From a virus (lineage: Duplodnaviria > Heunggongvirae > Uroviricota > Caudoviricetes): a stretch of DNA of 64,000 bases. Below, one piece after another: positions 38,206 through 46,539 of this stretch. The translations under genes and the position numbers were made by a program. How positions within the stretch are numbered: position 1 is the stretch's first letter; each line of letters opens with the position of its first letter. The stretch lies in IMG/VR virus record IMGVR_UViG_3300027747_001395; one strand, given 5' to 3'. Below the pieces are notes generated by a model. The model did not search any database and was not told the DNA's origin. It saw only the letters and a list, made by a program, of their open reading frames with translations.

Positions 38206-38730
38206 ATGGAAACACAACTTGAACATTTGATCGGTCGAGGTATGGACCCAACTAGGTATCCAATCTCGTATGATCCAGAGGAAGGTATCATCACCTTTCT
38301 TCTGTTTAACTATAATGGTGGTCTTGTTGGTTACCAGCAGTATAGACCAGATCAGGCTTCTAAACAAAAGAAGAATGATCCTAAGACTGGCAGGTATTAT
38401 ACATATCTCCCTAAAGATACTGACGGCGTGTTTGGACTTGATGTTCTTAATCATGCTGACAGGACTATTTATGTGGTTGAAGGTGTGTTTAAAGCAGCGG
38501 TTCTACATCGTCTAGGTTTTAATGCTCTTGCGGTTCTTACTTCGACACCTAAGAGGCTCAAGCCTTGGTTTCGAATTTTGCGACCGACATGGAATCTGGT
38601 TGCTATTGGTGATAATGATGATGCCGGTCAAAAACTGGTTAACATTGTCGGCCGAGGCTTTCAGTCTCCAGAAGATCTTGACGAAATGTCAGATGAGGAA
38701 ATTTTGGAACTTCTGAAACATAATGGTTGA
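38206..38730 (+). CDS. TOPRIM-domain protein
   Basis: TIYVVEGVFKAAVL (Toprim Glu) and WNLVAIGDNDDAGQK (DxD). Confidence 0.5.
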   Translation: METQLEHLIGRGMDPTRYPISYDPEEGIITFLLFNYNGGLVGYQQYRPDQASKQKKNDPKTGRYYTYLPKDTDGVFGLDVLNHADRTIYVVEGVFKAAVLHRLGFNALAVLTSTPKRLKPWFRILRPTWNLVAIGDNDDAGQKLVNIVGRGFQSPEDLDEMSDEEILELLKHNG

Positions 38731-38775
38731 CATTTATTCGGTTTCGTTGTAGACTAAACTATAAGGAATGGAGAT
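38727..38775 (+). promoter_or_regulatory. Promoter-family repeat
   Basis: Consensus copy. Confidence 0.55.
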
Positions 38776-38779
38776 CAAC

Positions 38780-38943
38780 ATGAATGTTTTTGTAGTCACT
38801 TATACCTCGGTAAATGGCGACACCGGTGACGAAAATGTCCGTGTATCTAAAGTCTTTGCATCAGAAGATGCAGCCAATATCTATTGCGAGGCTATTAAGT
38901 CTCGCTGGGGTTGGTATGAATATCAAGAATTTGAAGTAGAATA
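38780..38943 (+). CDS. Small hypothetical protein (54 aa)
   Basis: ATG after the conserved leader. Below the track cutoff. Confidence 0.4.
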
Positions 38944-39043
38944 AGTTTACTCCGCGGGTGTAGTGCACCGTAAGACGGCAGAATTAATGGCCTGGAGTTT
39001 AAAGACCTTACGGTGGTGTTACCAGGATAAACCGTCAGATTAT

Positions 39044-39117
39044 CTCCACGTTGCCGTCAGGGAAGGCTACCGGCTGTCTACCGGTAAAGGCGGGTTCGAG
39101 TCCCGTCGTGGGGGCCA
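39044..39117 (+). tRNA. tRNA-Asp (anticodon GTC)
   Basis: T-arm ggcgggttcgagtcccgtc identical to E. coli tRNA-Asp. Acceptor ctccacg/cgtgggg plus CCA. Anticodon stem accgg/ccggt, loop ctGTCta. Confidence 0.55.
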
Positions 39118-39377
39118 GTTTTCCGTTGGGTTCGATTCCCAGGGTATATAGATGGTCTTAGTTGAGGTTCGATTCCTCAATATATGCAACAAGCATGGTG
39201 GTGGACATTAGTTCTAGAGTTGTTACAGCAAACCAAAACGCTTAAACAATGGATGTCTTAGCGGACAAAAACAACTCTGTAGAAATTTAGTTTAAGGTTC
39301 CTTACCGCAACTCAAACAACTTTTATTGCAAAAGCCAAAGCGGAACCTGTAGAATTTGGAATGGTACAGCAACAAAC

Positions 39378-39450
39378 CTTATGGTAGCTCATCGGTAGAG
39401 CATCTGACTTCAACTCAGACGGAACGGGTTCAATTCCCGTACAACAAACC
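39378..39450 (+). tRNA. tRNA-like element with anticodon loop cuUCAac (would read UGA); acceptor stem not evident
   Basis: D-arm gctc-atcggtag-agc. Anticodon stem tctga/tcaga. T-arm acggg-ttcaatt-cccgt. No paired acceptor, no CCA. Confidence 0.3.
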
Positions 39451-40072
39451 CATTCCAGTTGTTTTTGGTCCTATGGAGTAATTAACCAGAGAAACCAGTC
39501 TCAAGGAACTGTCCCTCTAAGGAGTAATTAACCTTATGTTCAGCCCTTGCTTCGTTCATCTAGCTAGGCAGGATGCTCCCCCTCGCAGGAGTCACATGGG
39601 TTCGATTCCCATACGAAGGTTACGACTTTTAAGATGAGTTCTGTTTCGGTAGAATATAAAGCTGGGTGTGTGGTATCGCCGCTGAAATGACCTGCCCAGG
39701 AAGGTTCGAGTCCTCAAGGCGGCTTGGTATTCTTACAGAACTCTTCTTAACAGTTATGCCTCTATAGTTAAATAGTATAACAAGGACCTTGTAAGTCTTA
39801 GTCCAGGGAGCGTTACCTTGTAGGGGCACCAGAATTACCCATCAATGATAGTATGATGTAAAACCTATCGGTTTTTGTGTTGGTTTTTGACTTAATATAA
39901 TCAACCGGTCATGTTACCGACCTGATAGGGACAGCGCTCATTATGCTACAATAATGGGAAATCCTTAACAGGGTGTCTGGGCCGGACACTGTTGGTATAT
40001 TGTTGGTAAGCAATGTATCAGGTCGAAGTTTCCGTTATAAATAGGAGTGAACACAAACTAAGGAGGTTGTTC

Positions 40073-40231
40073 ATGACTAATTTTCTAGACGGTAAGAAAA
40101 CATACATCGTAGCTCTTGTTGCTGCAGGTTTTGCATTTGCACAGGCTATGGGTTATGTAGTTCCAGAATATGTTTATACTCTACTAGCGGCATCAGGTCT
40201 TGGTGCACTTAGAGTTGCAGTAACTAAGTAA
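40073..40231 (+). CDS. Small membrane protein (52 aa, 2 TM)
   Basis: Strong RBS aaggaggttgttcATG. Hydrophobic. Confidence 0.45.
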   Translation: MTNFLDGKKTYIVALVAAGFAFAQAMGYVVPEYVYTLLAASGLGALRVAVTK

Positions 40232-40240
40232 TAAATTAGA

Positions 40241-40316
40241 GGGCCCTTAGCTCATCTGGGAGAGCACTTGATTTGCATTCAAGAGGTGATCGGTTCGAGT
40301 CCGATAGGGTCCACCA
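40241..40316 (+). tRNA. tRNA-Ala (anticodon TGC)
   Basis: Clean cloverleaf. Acceptor gggccct/agggtcc plus CCA. D gctc/gagc. Anticodon stem cttga/tcaag, loop ttTGCat. T-loop ttcgagt. Confidence 0.8.
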
Positions 40317-40594
40317 ATAAAACAGCCAGTCACTCGACGATACTGGTACCTGACGGGGCATGGGACGGTATAACGTTGCGAAAGTAAAAAGCCGCTCCAC
40401 CAATTTGACCTGCTCGTGGGAGCTAGTGCACTAAGGCGGATTCGACTTCCGCAGGTCATCTTTCAATTAGGAAAAGTTTATGATCGAAGTAATTGTGCTC
40501 GTTCTAGCGGTATTGGCAATAGTAATTGCTAGTATCAACGGTATTCTCGATAGAGATGACAATACCGCAGGATGGATCTAAACATAACGTATTT

Positions 40595-40666
40595 GGGGAA
40601 GCTGTATGGGACAGCGTCTTGACTTGCAATCAGGAACGTGTGGGCTCGGTACCCATCTTCTCCACC
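40595..40666 (+). tRNA. tRNA-like (anticodon loop cuUGCaa; non-canonical T-loop)
   Basis: Acceptor ggggaag/cttctcc plus CCA. Anticodon stem cttga/tcagg. T-loop ctcggta. Confidence 0.35.
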
Positions 40667-40754
40667 AAGTTTAAATGTACATTCTTAGTAGTTAGTTGGT
40701 GAGGTAGCGGCTACACCAAGGCAATGATGAGAAAGAATATTGCGTGCATTTAAT

Positions 40755-40830
40755 GGATCTCTGGCGTAGCTGGTGTGCGCGTGCCCCTGAAGAGGGTGAG
40801 GTCGGGGTTCGATTCCTCGGGGATCCACCA
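40755..40830 (+). tRNA. tRNA-Phe (anticodon GAA)
   Basis: Acceptor ggatctc/gggatcc plus CCA. D gcgt/gcgc. Anticodon stem tgccc/gggtg, loop ctGAAga. T-arm cgggg-ttcgatt-cctcg. Confidence 0.55.
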
Positions 40831-40839
40831 TTTTATCCG

Positions 40840-40890
40840 TTGACATTTTTCCTTAGATGGTTTAGATTAAATCTATAAGGAAAGGAATCA
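40840..40890 (+). promoter_or_regulatory. Promoter-family repeat
   Basis: TTGACAtttttccttagatgGTTTAGATTaaatctataagg. Confidence 0.5.
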
Positions 40891-40892
40891 AC

Positions 40893-41081
40893 ATGCGAAA
40901 GACCTTCAATCAACCCATCAGCCCCAAATGGCCTGACTATGGTTGCAATGTCTATAAGAACGGCGACTTTATTGTTGCTCATCTGTATGAAAACTACAGT
41001 GGTTATGCAATGGCTGACGAGGTCATGTATCTTCGTCGCTTTGAATATCCTAGTTCTGAAGGATACACAATTGAATGGTAA
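40893..41081 (+). CDS. Hypothetical small protein
   Basis: ORF of 62 aa after the promoter repeat. Confidence 0.45.
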   Translation: MRKTFNQPISPKWPDYGCNVYKNGDFIVAHLYENYSGYAMADEVMYLRRFEYPSSEGYTIEW

Positions 41082-41091
41082 AGTTAAATAT

Positions 41092-41167
41092 GCCTGCGTA
41101 GCCCAATGGCAGAGGCAATGCGCTTAGAACGCATCCAGTGCGAGTTCGAGTCTCGCTGCAGGTACCA
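41092..41167 (+). tRNA. tRNA with anticodon TAG (Leu-like anticodon but type-I body)
   Basis: Acceptor gcctgcg/tgcaggt plus CCA. Anticodon stem atgcg/cgcat, loop cuUAGaa. T-arm gcgag-ttcgagt-ctcgc. Confidence 0.5.
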
Positions 41168-41174
41168 AGTTTAA

Positions 41175-41257
41175 GGGTCCCTAAAGCCGGTAGTTTCGGC
41201 AGTCGGTCTGTAAAACCGATCTCTTGGGGAGTGGAGCGTAACCACAGGGGCCCACCA
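41175..41257 (+). tRNA. tRNA-Tyr (anticodon GTA), type II
   Basis: Acceptor gggtccc/ggggccc plus CCA. D gccg/cggc. Anticodon stem tcggt/accga, loop ctGTAaa. Long variable arm. T-loop agcgtaa. Confidence 0.55.
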
Positions 41258-41266
41258 AATTTTAAT

Positions 41267-41340
41267 GCGGATATCGTATAATGGTATTATTACAGCCTTC
41301 CAAGCTGAAGACGCGGGTTCGATTCCCGCTATCCGCTCCA
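41267..41340 (+). tRNA. tRNA-Gly (anticodon TCC)
   Basis: Acceptor gcggata/tatccgc plus CCA. Anticodon loop cuUCCaa. T-arm gcggg-ttcgatt-cccgc. Confidence 0.65.
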
Positions 41341-41366
41341 AAGATTGAGACGAAAGTCTCTACGTT

Positions 41367-41445
41367 TTGCGCGGTAGAGGAGTCCGGCCGTCCTCGTCTG
41401 TCTCATAAGCAGAAAATCGTGGGTTCAAATCCCATCTGCGCTTCC
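41367..41445 (+). tRNA. tRNA-Met/Ile2 (anticodon CAT)
   Basis: D gagg/cctc. Anticodon stem tctgt/gcaga, loop ctCATaa. T-arm gtggg-ttcaaat-cccat. Acceptor 6/7 paired plus CCA. Confidence 0.5.
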
Positions 41446-41548
41446 AATCTGATATGGATACACTGCGCCTAGTCGCTGTCGCAATTCCATACCTTTATTG
41501 CCGATACGTGAGGTGATAGCCATATAAATATGTTTACTTAATATCTCA

Positions 41549-42115
41549 ATGTGGTATAAGAAAATTATGAAGAGTACAATTGTTTATATCCATGGTTTTG
41601 GTAGTGGTCCTAATGGTACCACGGCTCAAGATGTCAAAAAGGCCTTTCCTAGTGAAAAGTTCCTTTGCCCTCAGCTTGACCACTCTGCCGATCCAGATAC
41701 TATCAAGGCACAACTTGATAAGCTGGCAAAAACACTAGGTAAGCACGACGATGTGATTATTGTCGGTTCCAGTGCTGGTGGTTTCTGGGCTGATTATCTC
41801 GGTGCGGTTTATGGTTTCAAGACTGTTCTTGTAAATCCTTCGTTGCGACCTGCCACTAATTATAAGAAATACAATTTGCCTTCAGCATATTATGATAAAT
41901 ATGCGGATATGCAAGAATGGATCAAACATCATGCTCGTCATCACATGGTTGCATTTGCTGGTGATAAAGATGATGTGGTTCCACTCGATCATGTAAAGAC
42001 TCATTATTCAAATCCTATTATGCTAAAAGGTGAAGGTCATAGACTTAATGATATGACTCCGGTTATTAAAATGGTACGTAGTATGATTGGCAACTTCCCG
42101 GAGCACAATCAATGA
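41549..42115 (+). CDS. Alpha/beta-hydrolase esterase (YqiA-like)
   Basis: VYIHGFGSG...IIVGSSAGG (GxSxG nucleophile elbow). ATG 41567 is an alternative start. Confidence 0.5.
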   Translation: MWYKKIMKSTIVYIHGFGSGPNGTTAQDVKKAFPSEKFLCPQLDHSADPDTIKAQLDKLAKTLGKHDDVIIVGSSAGGFWADYLGAVYGFKTVLVNPSLRPATNYKKYNLPSAYYDKYADMQEWIKHHARHHMVAFAGDKDDVVPLDHVKTHYSNPIMLKGEGHRLNDMTPVIKMVRSMIGNFPEHNQ

Positions 42116-42687
42116 TTAACTTTAAAGACTTTTTAGCTGAAGGTTTTTCAATCCTTCATCCAGAACATGAAGAAGAAAAAAAGAAACATGCTGAACATGT
42201 CTACAATATGGTTCAACATGCTTATAAATCGATTGGTGGTATTCACGGCTCCGGCTTTAAAGACCATCACGATATGGTTAAGAATATTCCAATCTGGAAG
42301 CTTCACAAAGATCATGAAGGCAAGGTAAGAGCTGTTGGTCTTTATAAAGTCAAGAATGGTAAGACAAAACGTGTTGCCGTTGCAACTGATAACACTGGTC
42401 AGGGTAAGAAAGGTCTAAAGCATATCGTCAAGAATGATCTGTCGTCTAGACGTGCTTTTGTTGAAACCTCTGGTCCGTCACTTTCTTTTCATAAGAAAGT
42501 TCATGGTGATCTTACACAGCATGCTTTGACTCATGATCAAGTACGTAAACATTTGCCAGATGATGAAATTCGTCCGGCACCACATGATGATCCAGAAGTT
42601 AAGCGCCACCCAGAGTTGAAGAAACATTTCTATCAACGAAAGATTGGTGGTGAATGGCACACCAAGGTCGCGCTGGGCCATCACTAA
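42112..42687 (+). CDS. His-rich hypothetical protein
   Basis: ORF of 191 aa overlapping the upstream stop (ATGA). Confidence 0.5.
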   Translation: MINFKDFLAEGFSILHPEHEEEKKKHAEHVYNMVQHAYKSIGGIHGSGFKDHHDMVKNIPIWKLHKDHEGKVRAVGLYKVKNGKTKRVAVATDNTGQGKKGLKHIVKNDLSSRRAFVETSGPSLSFHKKVHGDLTQHALTHDQVRKHLPDDEIRPAPHDDPEVKRHPELKKHFYQRKIGGEWHTKVALGHH

Positions 42688-42761
42688 GAATTAGGTCCTG
42701 TATCTCAATTGGTTAGAGCGGTGAGGATTTATAAATATATACAACTAATTTAGGAGTATAT

Positions 42762-43226
42762 ATGTATATCACAATGGAAGAATATCTTTCTAAGACTAGA
42801 GAAGAAAGAAGATCACATCTGAAACTTAATGAGTCTTGTATTGAAATTGGCCATAAACATAATGCAGAATTAAGAGTTCTGTTGGCACATAAATTTAAAG
42901 TACTTTTTCCTACAAAAAAGTATATGGCTGCAGTTTGTCATGCTTGTAACAACACCAAGTGCTCAAATTCAGACCATTTATATTGGGGAAGTCCTTTTGA
43001 TAATATACAAGATCAAAAAGAGGCGGGGACTCTCACTTCTATAAATGAAAGAACCATAAATAAATATGGGTCAGAAATTTACAAAGAGTTACATAAAAAT
43101 TCTTCTAAGAAAGGCGGCTTATCTAATAAAGGTAAACCTAAAACAGAAGAACATAAAAGAAAAATTAAAGAGTCATTATTACGGAGGGCAGCACCAGCAG
43201 TGCGGGAGGGACTTATATCCCCTTAA
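42762..43226 (+). CDS. HNH homing endonuclease (HNH_3-type)
   Basis: CHACNNTKCSNSDHLYWGSPFDN motif. Preceded by a TATAAATA (T4-late-like) element and RBS aggagtatatATG. Confidence 0.6.
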   Translation: MYITMEEYLSKTREERRSHLKLNESCIEIGHKHNAELRVLLAHKFKVLFPTKKYMAAVCHACNNTKCSNSDHLYWGSPFDNIQDQKEAGTLTSINERTINKYGSEIYKELHKNSSKKGGLSNKGKPKTEEHKRKIKESLLRRAAPAVREGLISP

Positions 43227-43290
43227 GGCGCCAGATTAGCGTTCACGGGCCGGGGCAGCACCGGCGTTCTCTACCATTATCAAGTTTAAT

Positions 43291-43366
43291 GCCGCTGAAG
43301 CTCAACTGGAGGAGCAACTCCCTACGAAGGAGAAGGATGCAGGTTCGAACCCTGTCAGCGGCTCCA
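43291..43366 (+). tRNA. tRNA-Arg (anticodon ACG)
   Basis: Acceptor gccgctg/cagcggc plus CCA. D gctc/gagc. Anticodon loop ctACGaa. T-arm gcagg-ttcgaac-cctgt. Confidence 0.75.
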
Positions 43367-43384
43367 GTTTAAGGATCATATTAT

Positions 43385-43575
43385 GAATGAAGAATCTGAG
43401 CGTCAAGCTAAAATCTTATATACGTACTATACAGATAATGATCCAATTATACAGATAATGATCCAATTATACAGATAATGATCCAATTATTCATTCAAAT
43501 CGCTTTCCATCTTGGTCAGAACTTAGTGAAGAAACTAAAGATAAATGGCGAAGAAGAGTAGAACGAGACATTTAA
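43385..43575 (+). pseudogene. Small ORF disrupted by 3x20-nt tandem repeat (frameshift)
   Basis: With one copy of tatacagataatgatccaat the ORF reads through to ...KDKWRRRVERDI*. Three copies add 40 nt and create a premature stop. Confidence 0.35.
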
Positions 43576-43702
43576 AGTTAATGGCCTAGTAACCGAGCAA
43601 CGCTTCGAACGTTTCTCCAAACGGTAAAAATGGAGTGGTGGATGCAGTATCTTAGATACGGCCCTTATGCAGTGTAACTGAAGACCGGTGCAAGATACGG
43701 GC

Positions 43703-43735
43703 AGTGAATGGGAGCTTCACATCTTTTTTAAAAAT
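43703..43735 (+). terminator. Rho-independent terminator
   Basis: gtgaa-tgggagc-ttcac followed by atctttttt. Confidence 0.55.
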
Positions 43736-43738
43736 CGT

Positions 43739-43790
43739 TTGACATTTTTCCAGAACCGTGGTAGTCTAAACTATAAGGAATGGAGATCAA
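43739..43790 (+). promoter_or_regulatory. Promoter-family repeat
   Basis: Consensus copy. Confidence 0.55.
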
Positions 43791-43791
43791 C

Positions 43792-44094
43792 ATGTCAAAG
43801 ATGAAATTTATCCCCGAGCTCAGCACCAAGCAGTTCACTTATAATCCTGCTACAAAGACCTTTGTATGTGAGGCTAGTGATCTTCGGGGCTTTGAGCCAA
43901 GGCGCATCTATGATGATGCTTGTGATATTGGCTTCTATCTGGTCTCTGAAAAGACCGGTAAGAAGATCCTCTTTTGTGAGGTTGGACCTACTCGTGATGA
44001 AGATGATGATCTTGTCTCGTTTAACTTCTCGGCTCACTGTTATGAAAATCCAGAACATTGCATGGATTTAAAGTTGATTGTTTTTAATGACTAA
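43792..44094 (+). CDS. Hypothetical protein
   Basis: ATG after the leader. 100 aa. Confidence 0.5.
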   Translation: MSKMKFIPELSTKQFTYNPATKTFVCEASDLRGFEPRRIYDDACDIGFYLVSEKTGKKILFCEVGPTRDEDDDLVSFNFSAHCYENPEHCMDLKLIVFND

Positions 44095-44214
44095 ACAAGA
44101 TCGAAATGTCGGCTCACCGGACAATAGATAGCTAGCATCCAAGCTGCTTGGGTATAATGCAGGTGACAAGTAACGCGGGGCTCTGCTTGTAAAATCTAGA
44201 ATACCCCAGCTTAT

Positions 44215-44289
44215 ATCGGTGAGGGAAACTGGTAATCCGCGGGCCTCCAAAACCTTGAGAAGTCGGTTCGATTCCGACCACCGATGCCA
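44215..44289 (+). tRNA. tRNA-like (anticodon loop cuCCAaa, Trp-like; anticodon stem unpaired)
   Basis: Acceptor atcggtg/caccgat plus CCA. T-arm gtcgg-ttcgatt-ccgac. The anticodon stem cgggc/acctt does not pair. Confidence 0.4.
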
Positions 44290-44306
44290 TTTTAAAGGAA
44301 AGTAAC

Positions 44307-44750
44307 ATGTTTGATGAAGCAAAGAAGGCGATTCTAGAATCAAGTCCACAGTCTTCAGTATACGTGGGTTGTGATTCCATTCGCTATAAGAAGAAGGGTG
44401 AGTGGTGGGCTAAGTATTCGACTTGTATCATCGTTCATAAGGATTCTAGACACGGTTGCAAAATCTATCACGAATCAATTGATATGCGTGACTACGGCAA
44501 CCTAAAGCAGAGACTTCTAACTGAAGTTCAGCTTGCAGTTGATGCAGCTACTGAAATTGTTGAAGTTATCGGTGATCGCCATCTTGAACTTCATATTGAT
44601 ATCAATCCTGATCCACGACACAAATCAAACGTTGCTGTTAAGGAAGCATTGGGTTGGGTTCGAGGTTCGCTCGGCTTTGAAGCTAAGATCAAACCAGACT
44701 CTTGGGCAGCTACACATTGTGCTGACCATGCTGTAAGACATCTACATTAA
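44307..44750 (+). CDS. Hypothetical protein
   Basis: RBS aaaggaaagtaacATG. 147 aa. Confidence 0.5.
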   Translation: MFDEAKKAILESSPQSSVYVGCDSIRYKKKGEWWAKYSTCIIVHKDSRHGCKIYHESIDMRDYGNLKQRLLTEVQLAVDAATEIVEVIGDRHLELHIDINPDPRHKSNVAVKEALGWVRGSLGFEAKIKPDSWAATHCADHAVRHLH

Positions 44751-44773
44751 AAAGCAATCTCCATTCTTTTTAG

Positions 44774-44825
44774 TTGACATTTTTCCACAACCGTGGTAGA
44801 CTAAACTATAAGGAATGGAGATTGA
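44774..44825 (+). promoter_or_regulatory. Promoter-family repeat
   Basis: Consensus copy. Confidence 0.55.
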
Positions 44826-44826
44826 T

Positions 44827-45153
44827 ATGATTAATCTTACCGGAACTGACATTGTAAACCTTCTTAAGACTAATGATAAAGCAGTAGCTCGGGCGTTGGT
44901 TCTTCTTAAGAATCGTCAGACATATGATGAACAACAAGCCGAAGATGTTAAGTATCGGAATGGTCGTGGCTTTCGTCCTTGTCATGCAGCACGTGGTACT
45001 TCCATGGCTAAGTTTTATGAACGGAATGGATATCTCTCTCCAAAGCAGATTGCATATTGGAGACAACAGGGTAAACAAGGTATGAGGATTGCCATTTATT
45101 GGCGCCAGATACTTGAGGAAGCTCATCTTAAAGCTGAGAGAAAGGCTGCTTGA
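44827..45153 (+). CDS. Hypothetical protein
   Basis: ATG after the leader. Confidence 0.5.
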   Translation: MINLTGTDIVNLLKTNDKAVARALVLLKNRQTYDEQQAEDVKYRNGRGFRPCHAARGTSMAKFYERNGYLSPKQIAYWRQQGKQGMRIAIYWRQILEEAHLKAERKAA

Positions 45154-45154
45154 C

Positions 45155-45331
45155 ATGATCAAGACAATTTCAAAAGGCCGTTATGTTGCAACCATCCGTA
45201 CAAACTCGGATGGTTTTCTTGTCCTCGTGACTCGTGATGGTGATTGCCTACACGGTCTTCCTTCTCGCTCTTATGCTACCCAAATTGCAGCAGAACGCGG
45301 TGCAGCTAAGATGCTTGCAAAAGTTGCATAA
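45155..45331 (+). CDS. Small hypothetical protein
   Basis: 58 aa. Confidence 0.4.
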   Translation: MIKTISKGRYVATIRTNSDGFLVLVTRDGDCLHGLPSRSYATQIAAERGAAKMLAKVA

Positions 45332-45336
45332 GTTGG

Positions 45337-45388
45337 TTGACATTTTACCACAACCGTGGTAGACTAAACTATAAGGAATGGAGATTGA
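45337..45388 (+). promoter_or_regulatory. Promoter-family repeat
   Basis: Consensus copy. Confidence 0.55.
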
Positions 45389-45390
45389 CC

Positions 45391-45594
45391 ATGCAATTTT
45401 GGTTTAACACACTCAATGATGCTCTTGAAGCTGAGGGTTTGGTTGACTTTTGGCCCATGGGTCTTAATATTTCCTACGATCAGACTGTCCAATTTGCATC
45501 GAATGGTAAGTGGATTAGTGTCTTCCGCGACGAAACTGGTCGCTATGAACGACCGATTCATTATGCTACCAAGATGGAAAACACTTTTGGTTGA
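45391..45594 (+). CDS. Hypothetical protein
   Basis: ATG after the leader. 67 aa. Confidence 0.45.
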   Translation: MQFWFNTLNDALEAEGLVDFWPMGLNISYDQTVQFASNGKWISVFRDETGRYERPIHYATKMENTFG

Positions 45595-45604
45595 GGATGT
45601 TTCA

Positions 45605-45778
45605 ATGCCTAAGATCTATCAGACAATTTTGACCAACTTTGGTACTACGGTGTATACCGGTCATGCCTCACATGAAGCGGCGCAGGCTGCTGAAAAGAGC
45701 GGCTTTGAATGTACCATTCTACTTGATGGTTCGTTTGTTGGGTCTTACTCTCCCATCTCTGGTTGGAAGTTTTTCTGA
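45605..45778 (+). CDS. Small hypothetical protein
   Basis: RBS gaggatgtttcaATG. 57 aa. Confidence 0.4.
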   Translation: MPKIYQTILTNFGTTVYTGHASHEAAQAAEKSGFECTILLDGSFVGSYSPISGWKFF

Positions 45779-45933
45779 TGGTAAAGATTGGTAATCGAGT
45801 CATTACTCCTGGTGGTCACATAGGTACAGTAATTAGTATCTTAGATGATACAACAGTTGAAGTAGAACTTGATTTTGGTGGATTGATGCATTATAATGTA
45901 CATTCACTTAAAGTAATTTTAATGCCGGCGTAG
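45778..45933 (+). CDS. Small hypothetical protein
   Basis: 51 aa. Its 3' end overlaps the next tRNA. Confidence 0.3.
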   Translation: MVKIGNRVITPGGHIGTVISILDDTTVEVELDFGGLMHYNVHSLKVILMPA

Positions 45934-46000
45934 GCTTCTGGTGAATCCGCCCTCCTTACAAGTGGGTTTTAGGTGAGTTCAATTCTCACCGCCGGTACCA
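45924..46000 (+). tRNA. tRNA (anticodon TAC, Val-like; anticodon stem with mismatch)
   Basis: Acceptor gccggcg/cgccggt plus CCA. Anticodon loop cuUACaa. T-arm gtgag-ttcaatt-ctcac. Confidence 0.45.
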
Positions 46001-46158
46001 TTTACTAAGAACGATCCGACTGTACGATCTAGTATTAGTTTTTAAATCCAAGTCCTGCGGCCACAGATTCATCTGTGTTGACCGTTCAGGATAAGTTGAT
46101 GATCGGATGACATGCCAGTGGAATCCGTAGACCAAGAGAGAGGGCTGGCACCTTTTCT

Positions 46159-46392
46159 GTGCTTGGATTTAAGATGAAATATTTTACTGATGGTAAACGG
46201 CATCTTGTTTGTGTTCCATATTCAATTGAGAACCTCCACGAGATGGCTAAGCAATTAGGGTTAAAGAGGTGCTGGTTTCATAAGAATCATTACGATCTAC
46301 CTAAGAGGCGCCAGAAGGAACTTGAAGCTCTATGTGAGATCGTTTCTTCTAAAACAATTATTGACATTATTAAGAAAAATGAGTATATATAA
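46159..46392 (+). CDS. Hypothetical protein
   Basis: ORF of 77 aa (alternative start 46174). Confidence 0.45.
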   Translation: MLGFKMKYFTDGKRHLVCVPYSIENLHEMAKQLGLKRCWFHKNHYDLPKRRQKELEALCEIVSSKTIIDIIKKNEYI

Positions 46393-46407
46393 GACTATAG
46401 AGATCAT

Positions 46408-46484
46408 TCCCTAGGGGCCGGATGGGTACTGGCACCTGCCTGTTAAGCAGGACGTTACAGGTTCGAGTCCTGTCTAGGGAGCCA
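46408..46484 (+). tRNA. tRNA-Asn (anticodon GTT)
   Basis: Acceptor tccctag/ctaggga plus CCA. Anticodon stem cctgc/gcagg, loop ctGTTaa. T-arm acagg-ttcgagt-cctgt. Confidence 0.8.
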
Positions 46485-46539
46485 CTGATAAAATCCTTGA
46501 TCATAAGTCAAGGTTGCAGCCGATATTGAGAGTCTTTAT

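Noticed and set aside
38963-39151. 62-aa ORF
   Set aside because: It overlaps tRNA-Asp and a structured hairpin region.
39750-39840. Possible mitochondrial-like tRNA
   Set aside because: Acceptor pairing is present (gcctcta/taggggc plus CCA). There is no T-loop motif and no foldable anticodon arm. It is left as unexplained structured sequence.
41281-41472. 63-aa ORF in six-frame track
   Set aside because: It lies entirely across tRNA-Gly(TCC) and tRNA-Met(CAT).
42690-43290. Group I intron carrying the HNH ORF within a tRNA
   Set aside because: Only about 100 nt of non-ORF sequence flanks the endonuclease gene. That is too little for a group I core (P3-P9). The downstream tRNA-Arg is complete without splicing.
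44068-44380. Two minus-strand ORFs (93 and 82 aa)
   Set aside because: They are antisense to a tRNA-like element and to the 5' end of a plus-strand gene. They have no RBS.
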